A DNA stretch of 64,000 bases, from contig OZ037768.1 in assembly GCA_964035545.1 (NCBI GenBank), forward strand, positions 21,373,700 through 21,437,699, read 5' to 3'. The translations under genes and the position numbers were made by a program. This document shows positions 1-13,359 of the stretch, in pieces; position 1 is the stretch's first letter, and the number at the start of each line of letters is the position of its first letter. Under the pieces are notes generated by a model that worked only from the letters and a program-made list of their open reading frames with translations, was not told where the DNA came from and did not search any database. The stretch is from Bugula neritina. Its lineage: Eukaryota > Animalia > Bryozoa.

Positions 1-109
1 ACTGATCTGTAAGCATCCAGTAGTCAGTGTCAAATACACTGATAATATAATATTCCATAAAATCTATAATATGATGTAGTTTTAATTACATATTCAGATA
101 AAAATAGTT

Positions 110-1330
110 TTCCATTTCATTACTTTTCTCTTTTTATGTATGATATCAAAGTATATGCTCTGCATGCATATATACCTTTTTTAAATTTCACTTAGGTTGA
201 TTACAAGAAAAAGAAAAGAAAACCTAATCAAAATGCTGTTATAACATTTTAATGGTTATAAAACATGAAATATAGGAACAGAATATAGTTAAAGCTTGCA
301 TTTGCTTTATATATTTTCATGTCTAGAGCATAATATTATATAAAAAGATGGTTCAATATTTAAAATCATTAGATAAGGAATAACATAAAAATTCAACGCC
401 CTAACAAAGCTTAAGAGAATACTGTACATTAAATAACATAATATTAGATGGGAATAAGAATGATGCTGTATATAATATATGCACTGAGTATAAAATATAA
501 ACACAATTGTGTTCAATGTCACTTTCATGTTACAAGTTTTATGTAGACAGTAATAATTTACTATAATAATAGCATTTAATTCTAATAGCTGAAATGCTAT
601 TTGTAAGTATTTAAACAAAAATTATTCTATTGGCAACCAACAAAAATTCACTTTTTTAAACTAAAACAAGAGTTTTAGATGGAGCTTTTCTTTATAAAAA
701 TCAATGAATTAATTATTCATGAAAGGTCAGCACTAGCTAGGATAAATTTCATAGTGTTTTGTGTTTCCAGTAGAAACTGTGTTCTACACACTGTAAATCT
801 CTTTAAAATGAAATGGTTGATAGAAAACTTTCAATTACTGCATAAATCAGTCAATTACAATTTTCTGAGGGTGAAACAGCTGAAAACTAACTAAACTAAT
901 AATTTATGATGAGCATGTTATGCTCTTAGTACATTGCTATATGCATCAATACCTTTCCTTTTAATTACTTTTCTGCTTTTATGTATGATTTTAACATAAT
1001 ATGTTATATATGTAAACAACTTTTCAAACTTTAATTAAGAAAAATCATAATTAAATATAAAGTATATTATATAAAATAACAATGTTTTATATGTACTGAA
1101 TAGATATAAACACTTGTGTTCAAGTGTCACTTTCATGTTATAAGTTGTATGAATTGACACTATATTGATTCACTTAACATGTAACTCTAATAAATAACAT
1201 GTTGTATGTTGGTATATATTATATGCCTATACAGATAATATCCTCTTGGCTATATGACAACTATTAATTTTAATCAACTAAAATAAGATGTATATAAATG
1301 GAGATTTTTTTCTTAAAGGCTACTATGTTG
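110..1330. repeat. Old diverged direct duplication (about 110-700 versus 950-1330)
   Basis: Shared blocks in the same order: TTACTTTTCT..TTTTATGTATGAT (120/965), ATATAAACAC..TTGTGTTCAA.TGTCACTTTCATGTTA (495/1104), AACTAAAA.AAGA...ATGGAG (659/1276). Confidence 0.7.
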
Positions 1331-1924
1331 AATTATAGTTATAAACTGATGTTATATCGAGCAAGTGCATAATTATATTTTAGAGTGAAATACTTGGGTA
1401 ATATTTTAATTTCACAGTTATTTACAATAATATTGTACTGCAAATTCTTTGTGGTTGAGCGTTGGTATAAATTAGCTGTTCTGAATACAGATGTCTCGAG
1501 TATAGCTATATATCGTATGGGCTATATTTATTTTTTGTTAAATACAGTTTCAACCACGCATTAGCACTACCTATGTATTGTAACTAAATAGTAATTGAGC
1601 TAATATATATCGTGTATCACCACAGTTTACTTCAAATTCTTAATCCTAACAACTTTAATTTTTTTAGAATTTTTTTGTAAAGTCTGATATTATTACAAAA
1701 AAAATTATTACAGAAAAAAAGCCGAATCTTTAATTAGATCAATGGCCTATGAGCTCAAGCTTTCTAACTCCTGTTGCACTAAAATTAACCTATAAGATAA
1801 CTTGTCACATATAGTTACAGATCTTACTCCAAGATTATCTGTTAGGAAATCTTATATATATAAGATCAACACAATTTAGGGTATCCTTTATAAAGATACC
1901 ATGTGAACATTAGTGTGTACTCTA

Positions 1925-2020
1925 GCAGTTGAAGGGTTAATTTGGTATGCACCAAGTTTTGGGTTCGAAACTATTGGTGATGTCAGGAAAAACATCTGCT
2001 CATAACTGCCCTGTGTCTCC
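1925..2020 (+). mobile_element. Degenerate SINE fragment
   Basis: GGGTTCGAAAC...TTGGTGATGTCAGGAAAAACATCTGCTCATAACTGCCCTGTG matches the SINE core. Confidence 0.6.
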
Positions 2021-3240
2021 TGCACATCTGTGCATACGCAGTTACTAGCTTATTGGCAAAAACCTTTGAGGCCCTCACGTGAATGAGGGACTTTACCAAA
2101 GGGGAACTTATAACTGGACTGCTACAATAAGTTGAGTTCAAAATATAAATTATAACTTACTAGCTGATTCTTTCCAGCTGAGTGTTTGCCATGTCAAACA
2201 AGTTTATACAAACAAGAAGACAACTTTCAATGTACACTATCATATCGCTAGACTATGTGCTATGCTGATATTCCTGTTAAAGTGTTGTAACGTATTTATA
2301 TTAACTTTGACAATAATTATTATTGCAAATTAGGTGACTACACTATTGATTTAATAACAGCACACAAATTTCGCTTTAATACTAAATCTAAACACAGGTA
2401 TCACAAACTTGTGTTAGATGTAATTATTAACAATTTTCTCATAATGTTGCACACACTGAAATATTGGAAAATTCTAGTAACCAGTTCAATGTGGGCACAT
2501 TTTAAACCAAAAGAGTAGTCTCCTCTATGTTTCAGTCTGCGTAAGAAATCTCAATAAATATTTATCCGTCGTAAAAAAAGTTTTTAAATATGATTACTCG
2601 ATTTGCTAACGACAACAAAAATAAAACGAAAGCGAAAGCGCACTGTTTATGCGTGATTTCTTTTTGAACTAGCGTGAACCTTCGGATGTGATTAAAAATA
2701 AATGATACTATAAATAAATGCTATTTCTGAGATACTTGTCCAGTCAAGTGATAACGGCAAACTTGCTGTAGCAGTGCTTTTTAGTGCTATCCTATTAATA
2801 GTAGTCACAGGGTTATCAATATTTGAATTATGATGATAGGTAAGTCTGAATGAATTTTAACCCTAAAGATGTAGACTAACTCTAAGTCTAAAGTTCTAAG
2901 TCAAAGTGTGAAAGTAAAAAATGATTATTATTATTTATTTTTAGTCAATATCATATTGATAATCTTAATGCTAATGGTAATGATAATGACTATGAGTGAC
3001 AATGTTATTATAAAGTATTAAATTTAATATAATCATCAATAATAATTATTTTAATATTAATAATAATATAATTATCAATATCAAATTTAATATTATAGTT
3101 ATAATGTTTATATTATAATTATTTCAATCTGCATTACTCGTACTCGTAGTCATACTCATACTGATAGTGATACTCATATTGTAATTCTGTATTCATAGTA
3201 ATAACTGATAGTGATACTGATACTGTTGTATTTTTCTATA

Positions 3241-3649
3241 TGTTATGGTGGGTGAGGTGTATAGTCTTATTGGTGCATTACTCGAAGTTACACAATCGAC
3301 TTCACAGGTTTGTCTCGTGAGAATAATATTATAATATATTTATATACAATAGATACACAACAAAACGTTACAATTAGTCCATATACTACTACTACTATAT
3401 AAGTGTTTACTCCTTCTCTCACTGATAGTAACTGACTGGGGAGCAGACTGTCCCTCGTGATCTAATTAGATCCATATCCTGATCGGGGGGGGGGGGGGAG
3501 GAGCCCAACGATATCATGCCACTCACCACGTGGCATTCCGCATGGTGCGGAATGTAGAAACGCCATGACTACCTTTACTACTACAAGGGAGAGGGAACGG
3601 GTGAACTATCCCTTCCTATAGATATATATGAAATCCGTGAGCCATCACA
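3241..3649. mobile_element. Probable solo LTR
   Basis: 409-bp GC-richer island starting TGTTATGG and ending CCATCACA (TG...CA, 7/8 inverted termini), internal TATA-like motifs. Only a 3-bp flank match (ATA). Confidence 0.5.
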
Positions 3650-6600
3650 ATACTACGGTTAAACTTCATGATATTTACTAATTCAGCTATTCAAACATTT
3701 GTGTTTAATCATAATGATAATGTGAACTTTAAATTTTGCATGACGTATTGATTCCATCTAATATCTTAATATATGTCACCTGTCACAAGGTTATGATATT
3801 CAAATTGTTCTAGCTTAAAAAGTTGAATTAAATTGAATTAAATGATTTTGATAGTTGGCTTGTTTGGATTGCAGAGACTTACAGCATGTCATTCAATATT
3901 ATCACATCAATAAGAAGAGTCAGATGAGTCAGAATGTTTCTGGCAAGTAAACCTCACTCTAGCCAAGAACTGGTCAAGTCCTAGAATCAACATGGCTTGG
4001 GATTAGCTCTAACTAACAGTAATGTTTATTATAATACCATACTCATTGTCAACCTACCTGTTTATTATTCTATCATTTAAATTTAAAGTTGTTGTTTATA
4101 TCATTTTTCCAACTGTCTAAAGCTGAATGCACAATGAATTTGAGAAAGTTAAGCAGTCGTAGATTATTTCAGTTGCTAGATGTGCATATTTATATCATAT
4201 AAAATAGTTTCAAGTATAATTTTTCGTAACATTAAATCTAAGGGCCCTGCAAGAATGAGCAGAAGATACTCTGTCTTTGTACAGCATTTACCAGTACTAT
4301 AAGTACTGGAGAAATTGAAAAGCCTGTGTTACATCTGAACAATATAGCAACAGAAGTTATGTTCTCATGAGAACTTTAATGGTGCCCCAAACCAGAATTC
4401 AAAAAAAGTCAAAGAACTTGGGCTATTGAAATTTCTGTATCAATTTGAGTATATTTAGCTTCACAATCCAGTAGTTGAAAAACCAGATAATTTTGAAGGC
4501 TAAATGGTAGATTCTTACACTGCAGAAAATAATAGTTCTTAATTTATTACTATTAGGTATCTTGCTATATAACTGCCTTTGCAGGCCAAGTTGTAACTTT
4601 CATGTCATTTGAATGAAGAACAATTGCCCCTCATATTATTAAAACTATTTTTAAAACAGTTGCCAAGATTGATTAAAAACAACTGTCCCACATATGTTTC
4701 CGTAGCTACTAGTGTCATTTTTAAAATGCACTCTAAAATAGTAACAGTAAAATTGAGGTTGTTTACTGATGCTGTGTTTTTGTTAGCAAATATTCAATAC
4801 CTATTTAAAATGCATGCATCTTAAAATATCCCCAAATAATCAGTTTTTACAATTTATAATTAAATAGAAATAAAATGACCCGTTTAACAACTGTAAATGA
4901 ACTTGATTTTGACGATCAACTTTTTCTATAATGATATAAAACAAAAGAAGTAAAGCAGCATTGTGAAAATGTGTTTTATAAGTAATTTTGAATAATTATT
5001 TTCATGATAAATTTGAAAATGGTTGAAAAAGAGTTTGTGCAATCATTTTGACTATTCCCTACCGATTTTTAGTCCGACAGCTATCAGGCTCACTTGTATT
5101 TTCTTTTTAGGCAATTGGTTTATTATTAAATTGCCACCATTTTAGCAATGTACTATAATTCAGTTTATCTTAATAAAAATAATGCTAGCTGCGTATATAC
5201 ATAGTAAATTAAACAACTGAATTTAAGCAAAAATATATAGTTATATTCTAAAATAGTCAAACTATAAGGGGAAATTTTTATAGCCTTCTTTTAGGTGGAA
5301 AGATTTACATGTATAATTTTTGTCTATTAAAGCCATGATATTTAATTTTTTTATTGAGCCATAATGACTTTAGTGATGACTTTTAATTGGAAAATGTGGT
5401 TTTTCAACTGCTAAAAAGTCCAATATCTCAACTTTGAGGAATGAGCGTTAGTTTTCTTATAGGCTAGTAAATATGAAGGCTGATCAATTTTAATTAGCTT
5501 GTTTGAGGTGGTTTGGTGCAGTGCAATAACTGTAGCACTTGGCTTTAGACTTTATACTTTATGTACAATGGTCATTATAAAAGGCTAATCATTAATTATA
5601 TTTATATACCTGATTATGTAGCAACTATTGTTTAAAGTATTTTGGAGTTATTCTCTCCCCATGGCCTGTGTTTGTAACCTAGGAGAAGTTTAGTGCTGTG
5701 TGTATTATAATAGGGGTATTGGCTAATGGTAATAATAAGCAATCAGTTGTTAGTGTAAAGCCAAAGTAATAATGCCATAGTATTGTTATGTTACAAAACA
5801 GTATTTACATACAAATAATATAAAATCGGGATAGCATACACAACGTAGCGTAAAGTTGGATATTTTATTATGCTATTCAAGAGATAATTCTATCTAGATA
5901 TGGATCTGTCAAAACAAGTAAGTGAAAAGTAGCGTAATACGTGTAAAGTTTTTGGTCATCTAGTATTAGTTGTCTGTTTAATTAGTATGTATTATATATA
6001 GATATTATTCTGCTCACAGCTCTTCTTTTCTTGTACAATGCCCAGTTTACTTTATTCATAATAAAATTACTTGAAATAAGAAATAAAAAATTGGGGATTG
6101 GGGCCATGGCATAGCAGTTAGCCAAAAATATGCCGACTTGTGAAAATCATCTACCCAGCACAATGTGCATCATGTGTGATGATGTTCTTGTAATTTATTC
6201 CAATCAACAACTAATAGACATGAAGTCTATGTTTGAACAAAACTGGGTTGTTCAATTTTAACAGTAATTGTTTCTTTTTAACATTTCATCATCAATTCGA
6301 GAGTTGCTTAACAAAGCAATGGACAAAATTCAAGTATTAGAGAGTTTTTATCTGTTTTTTCCCTTTTAGATAATTTGTTCCTAGAAATAAGGTTTTTCAT
6401 TACTTTATTTGGAACTTCTGCCATGTTATATGGCATATATATATGTGCTTGTATTGGTGAAATTTGTCTTTGTGAATGCAGTTCAGTTGTTAAACCTATG
6501 AACATGCTGCATTGTAAGCTACAGCATCGCTACCTTCAATGTCACTCAGTGTGTAAAATGCACTGACAATATACAGTACATCTTCAACTACATGAGCTGC

Positions 6601-8377
6601 ATCTCCCAAAACACTAATAAAAATTACCTCCTAGTACACACTGCAAGGCAGTTTCTAGTACTATTGGCTAATCTAGCATAATCTACAGCATGTTCAAGTA
6701 CGTTCCAATAATCACCCAACGAATAAAAGAGACCCAAAGACTATTGTGTGTTGCTACATGCATTTATCTTTTGTTGACGTAGTTGTTCATTATTGCCTCT
6801 TTATAATAAAAGAACTGATAGTTTATTGAAAATTACTCTATGCCTATAGATTTTTTCTTTATAGCTAATATGTTTAAGCTGAGTGAAGGTTTTTGGTGTA
6901 GTGAATGTTTGTATCAAAGCATGAGTGAATATTCAGATTGATCCGGTGTTTAGATATTTCCAAGACAAAGAGTACAGCATTTTTTACGTCAGACTTTGTT
7001 ACAAAGTCCCCCCTCCTTACTGTAGATCACTCTATTCAAAATGTTTACTAGTATCTAGGTTTACCAGGGCATTTTTATAACAGTTTGAGTATGTAAAGCC
7101 TGTTGGTTTTTCTGCAGTGTAATTTATGTAAAGCTCAAAATTGGATTGAAATTTCTTTGTTGTTAGAAAGTAACTATCAATTCTACAATTACTTTGCTGT
7201 AGCAGCATTAGTCATATTAAGACTATAATATAAAACCATGTAGTAACTGGCAGATGAAAGAAAATCTGAGAATAAATGTACAATACAGGCTGGCTGTAAA
7301 AATATGTTGCCAAAATTAGCTCATCTTATGATAAGGTTCTTGTAGCAAAGTGTATTAAGTTTATTATTTCCAGTACTGGCCATCTTCTGCTAATGTACAC
7401 CATTTTTATGGTAACCCATTACATGTTTGACCAACTTGTCTCAAGGAAAGAATGGAAAGCTGGTAGACATGAAATCATCATGTAAACTTGTCTATTAACA
7501 ACGTATAACAGCTTCATACAGAGTTCTACGCTGCCATACTTTATACTTTCTACTTGACTACCATATTGCAACATTGCAGCACCTTTTGTGTGTGTTACTA
7601 TTACTACTGCATCGTGTTGACTTTAATCAAGTATTGAGCAGTTTAAACTTAGCAACATGATAAGGTAGCCTAATAATAAACACACACCATAATCATCGTT
7701 TATTCAATATTGTAAATAAATATAATTTTACAAACTACTCAGCTTATGATATAAATTGGAATTTTATGGTATTGTTTTCTTTGACACGAGTTAACAAAAG
7801 TTTAAACTGACATGTCATATTATGGTATATATTACATATATTATAGTATCTGATAAAATACATGCTCTATTACCATAAAATACACAATTATCAAGTTGTT
7901 TGGTACAAGCCAAATAAGAGATATCATGCACAACGTAGTTATTTGAAATCTGCTTTATTATGGTGGATATTGTATGACCTTTCTTTAGCCAATAGTGGCT
8001 CACGAGATGGTGTCTCATAGCTAAGTAGAACAGAATTCAAAGCTACTTCAACTATTGTTATGGATCCACCACGTTGCCTTCAGAAAACTTGCCAAATTTT
8101 TCTCCAAGTTTAATCATTATTAATTTGTAAATTTGCAAACCAACCAACACCTTTCAACTTTCCTCAACCTTAGTGAGCTTGTTTTGGTGTATTTTGTAGG
8201 TCTTAACCTTATTTTGGCTTCCTTTTATTGATCCTTGTTTACCATAAGTTACATTATTTTCTGTGCATACTTAGTGAATTATATTATATACTTGGTGTAT
8301 AGTGTATATATGCTACGAATTATATTATATTATATTACATACTATGAATTATATTATATTATACTTGTTATATATAG

Positions 8378-8479
8378 GTGCAGAGGACGGGCCCGGTTAT
8401 AGTAGCAAAACCAAATGAATTTGAACTGCTACACAGAGGGGCTATCTTGGACCATCTCCCACCACTTAGTGCTAAAGAG
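8378..8479 (+). CDS. DNAH3: Most 5' dynein coding exon found ([34 protein letters not shown])
   Basis: tatatag| acceptor, GAG|GTATGG donor, 102 nt, phase 0-0, open, joins in frame to exon 12832 (PAYAERPK...). LPPL motif upstream of the W-x-x-AAP motif as recalled for DNAH3. Confidence 0.72.
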
Positions 8480-11400
8480 GTATGGATTGTAGGCTAAATG
8501 CAATTAATTCCAGCAATCATGAATAGTGTATTTTCCATAAAATATTTCTTGAAATACTTTGGGCTTATGTTGTAACACTCGGTGTGTATTACATTGTAAT
8601 ACACTGTATGTTTACAGTAATACACTGTGTGTTTACAGTAATGCACTTTGTATTATGTTTTAACACTCGATTTATTTGAAAAGCCAGCTTTCAAAATCAT
8701 TGATTTGCTGCTTTGCATATTACTGTTCGTATATAAATGTGATGACTTAAATATCTAATAAAAAGACATCTAGTTTGGAAATCAACTATAAAAAAGAGCA
8801 TAAGAAAAATACTTTCTATTGCTAAAGGTTGTTTACTAGATATCTGCACTATAGTCTTTGCATACGGACAACAGAAATTTAATAAATGCAAAAATATTAT
8901 ACAGTTTTAGGATTGAGCTTTTCCTTTTATAATTCTTAGAGTCTGTATAAAAAGCAATATTGGCAGTCAGCTAGCAAATTCTGTCTACTAAATAATGTTT
9001 TTATCAGCTGCATGCATTGAAAGTTTGTGCTAAAGTCACTATATGGTCATTTGGGTTATTAAACCTGGTCAGCTAAATTAAGTCAAGTAAAAAAAGATTT
9101 TTTGTAGCCTAGTGGATTACAGTGCATAGCTGCTATGACAAATCACTATATAAATTCGCAGCCACTCGTAATGCTATCTTAGTTGTATGCGCCCATGTTT
9201 TAACTTCCTTCTGTTGAAGTTTGCATTAGGAAATGATTTGGTTGTCTGTGCTCAGTGGTACACCTGGGAAAATATGCTAGTAAGAGGTTAGTTCGGGTAG
9301 TGAGGTCACACTTGAAGTGCCTAATAATATGTTTATGAATGAAGTTTGGCAACTTTTCTCAGATATAAGTAGGCATTGTGTGACTTTGTAAGGTGAAATG
9401 TGCAAGAATAATAATAAATTGCTTAGTTTAGCTGTTGAATGTAAAATTAAACTGCATAATTGCAGCAGCAGCGGGCTAGTGGGTTCAAAACCTAATAAGG
9501 TGGTTGGTGATGTGAAAAAGGGCATTCGGTCATATTTGCTGCTGTGTTACGGTAAAAATAAGTCCTTAGCCTGCTTAAAAATCCTTTACCATCAGGGATG
9601 AAGACTTTCAACAAACAGCAAAAACTGAAAAATGATTTATTTTATAACTCGAAAAACAACTTTAAAGTTAGTCACTAAGGTCTTAGCTAACTTGTATAAT
9701 ATTATTCATACTCTATAGAATCTTATTATACTGCATGTGATAGTATAGCAAGTTAGTTGCACTATTTATTTTCTTCTATTTTCTATTTCAATAATTAAAG
9801 CACTTGAAATCCGTTGGCAGCAAACATTTGAATGAAGTCATTGTGTCAACAAGTTCATTATCTGGCAGCTGTGAGTAGGCGCTTTATCCTGCTGTATATT
9901 ATCTATTCGGAATAAATAATCAAACAAAACTTGCTAAAAATCAATTTTGTGGAAGATATGTCAACTAATACAGAATTTCACCGTTAGTAGAATAAATTAT
10001 TATTGCCACTGCATGTATAAAAACAGTAAATTTTGTATTTCAAATGAAATAAAAAACATATATTTCAAATATGTATTATTATGAAGATTCGCTCAACTCA
10101 AATTTAAAGTGTAGAATGTAATGATATTTTTTGAAACATAAGTTAAATTTTAAATGTTTCTAAATGTTTCTATCAAAAACAGGCTGATGAGCCTATATCT
10201 CATCAGCCTGTTTTTGATAGAAACATTATCAGTGCACCTCCATTGGAAATATCAGAAGACGCTGTTCTCAAACAGCTAAAGGGACTAAACTCACGAAAAG
10301 GTGCAGGTCCTGATGGTCTCATTCCGAAAGTTTTAAAAATCTGCTGCTATCAACTAGCACCTGTCTTTACAAAACTGTTTACTTTCTCCATCCAATCTAA
10401 GACAACTCCAAATTCATGGAAATCTGCAATGATCAAGCCACTTCCTAAAGTCAAAAATCCTGAACTACTTAAACAATATCGTCCAATTGCTCTCACAAGC
10501 TGTATATGCAAAATGCTGGAAAGGCTCATCAAACACTACATTATAACTCATATACCTATGGACAAATATCAGTTCGCATATCGTACAAATCGGTCTACAC
10601 AAGATGCCCTGTTATGTCTAACTACTACTGTGACAAGTTTCATTGATAAGAAAGCATCCAATTACGCAAGGTGCCTCTTTCTAGACTTCTCTTCTGCATT
10701 CAATACTATATCTATTCCAGACCTCATTACGCAACTAACTCATCTTAACTCCAATGTTACTGAGTGGATTTACAGCTTTCTTACAAACAGAGTACAGCGC
10801 ACAGTAGTGGATGGCATAACATCAAATCCAATCATAACTAACACAGGAACTCCCCAAGGGTGCTGTTTATCTCCACTATTGTTTTCTATCTACACTAATA
10901 GGATTACCTCAAGCCAGAGCAACATCACTGTAGTTAAATATGCAGATGACACTTGCATTATTGGCTGCATTGGCAAACACTCTGATCTAAATATTTACTT
11001 TGACGAGATTAAAAGAATTTCTAAGCAATGTGACGATTTAAATCTATTATTAAACCCTAGCAAGACCCAAGAAATGATGTTCTCAACCCAACGTGCGAAA
11101 CCTCATACCCCTACTCTTGTATTGAATGAAACAAACATTGTATTGTCTGAAAAAGTGAGATATCTTGGTGTGTTAGTGGATCAAAATTTGAGATTTCATG
11201 AACATGTACAATCAGTAGTAACAACAGTATCAAGAAGAATGTATATTGTGAAGAATTTTGCGAATCATAGCTCTAAACCTCTAGCAAATATGTTATTCAA
11301 AAGTTTCATCATGTCCCGCATCGCCTATTGTCTACCTACTATTTTTACTTGTATCTATGCCAGTGATAAAAAGGCTATTCGACGAATTCTCAAAGATTGC

Positions 11401-13224
11401 TCAAAACTCGGAATTGAGTATCTAAACATTGATTTGCACATTCAGAAACTCACTAAAGAACTTGCCATCAAATATATAATAGACAATGACCATTTCATCA
11501 ATAACTTTCTGAGTCAATGCCCTTCTGGAAGATATCGAACCATCAAATATAGAGGGGCATGGGGCAGAGATAGCTTCTTGCGACATCTTGTAAATACTTT
11601 AAATGAGCTTCTATTTTAAATAATCCAACAGAGTTTTGATTTTTTTCTCTTATTTTTGTTCATTCCTACTTATTATAGCCAGTATTTACACTGAATTTTG
11701 CAACGTGTTGTCATGTTCGTGATATGTAATAAATCAATCAATCAATCAATCAAAAACCATTTCATCATACATACTGCATACTAGATTTTGCCAACAGTAA
11801 AATATCCCCTGAAAGTTAATTTCTAAATAGGAATCTTTAGCCCTTATATAATTTTATTATCAAGTCAACCAGTAGCTTGCTGTTGGTTTTAGCTGCTATA
11901 TTAATATTGTATGAGTCTCAACTTACAACATTGTGTAAATTCAAGTTTAAGGATAACTGTAGAGATTATAGTCACAAGTGTTGTGTTATGTTTAATCACG
12001 TCAAATATAAATAGATTTGTCGCTATGTAGCAATGATACCATTATTTCAGCTAGCCTTTGAAATTTAAATACAGGGGCAGCTCTTATTGCTAAATCCATG
12101 TTTTTAGTTAGTTATTCGGGTTTTGATCCGATTGAGAATTAAATTGTAATATATTTATATGAATAATCTTTACTCCCGTTTTGTCTTACGTTATCTGATT
12201 TTAATAGATAAAACTAATCTTTAAATGTCACTAGAATATGTAGTTCAAGAATTAGCTCTTAAGCATAATTATAAATATCTTTGCATTAAAATATGTAGAA
12301 TTCTTTTATTTTATGTTTACAAATAGCTGGAAAGCTTAAAAGCCATTTGTATTATAGAAAGATGTACTGCTGTTCAGAATTTTTTCATAAACTGATCAAA
12401 TTTTACGTTTTTAGCCATTGTAATTGTAAGTGAAAAGGTTAAGATTTTAACCGTTTTTTTTCAAAAACTATTATTCTTGGTTAATTTGTAAGAGCTCTAC
12501 TTTGAAGGAACTATGTATTGTGTCAGTCTACATCAGCAAATATCTGAAGAGTACACTGAAATCTGCAGTTAGATTTACCTTTTTTTGTTTCACTCTATTA
12601 TTTTAATACCTAATAAATGTATTTCAAGATGTTTCTCAGTATTACATTCAATATGATTTTAATAGCCTAATTCTAATTCTAATAGTCTAATTCTAAGACC
12701 TAATGTAAGTGAAAGTTGTCACTAATGCAAATATCTATCTAGTATTAATTATTGCTTCTAAAATTAGGAAAGACAACTTCATATTTTCTATTTTGATAGG
12801 AACTATTGTTGATTATATATTTTTTTCACAGCCAGCATACGCTGAAAGACCAAAGCTGGTGGATAGGGGAGCCTGGACCCAGGCAGCACCAATCAAAGAG
12901 CAGAAACACTTCCGAAATGTCAGCGATTCTATAGCCAATAATTACAGCCCTCTGGCACGGAATCTCACATGCTCTGAGATATACCAGACAACCAGATTCG
13001 GTGTGTAGCCTACTTTTCTCTTCTGTTGAATATGTCTGGTATGGGGTGATGTACAGGATTAAGTTAACCCTCCTCAACTGTGAATATTTATTGTATTTGT
13101 AGCACCTCAGGCTGAAGAATGTCTCACAGGGCTCTTGTCTCGCTCAGATGTTGAGAATATCAGAGCAGATCTACAGCAGGCTAATGCTGTCAAATTGTGA
13201 GTGCAGATTTCATCTTTACTACTG

Positions 13225-13301
<77 letters not shown>

Positions 13302-13311
13302 GCTACTACTG

Positions 13312-13359
<48 letters not shown>

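Noticed and set aside
4240-8170. Coding-looking patches near 4.3k, 6.55k, 7.4-7.65k and 8.0k
   Set aside because: Short frames with stops; no consistent exon chain or recognisable domain found. They could be decayed transposon or UTR exons; a BLASTX would decide.
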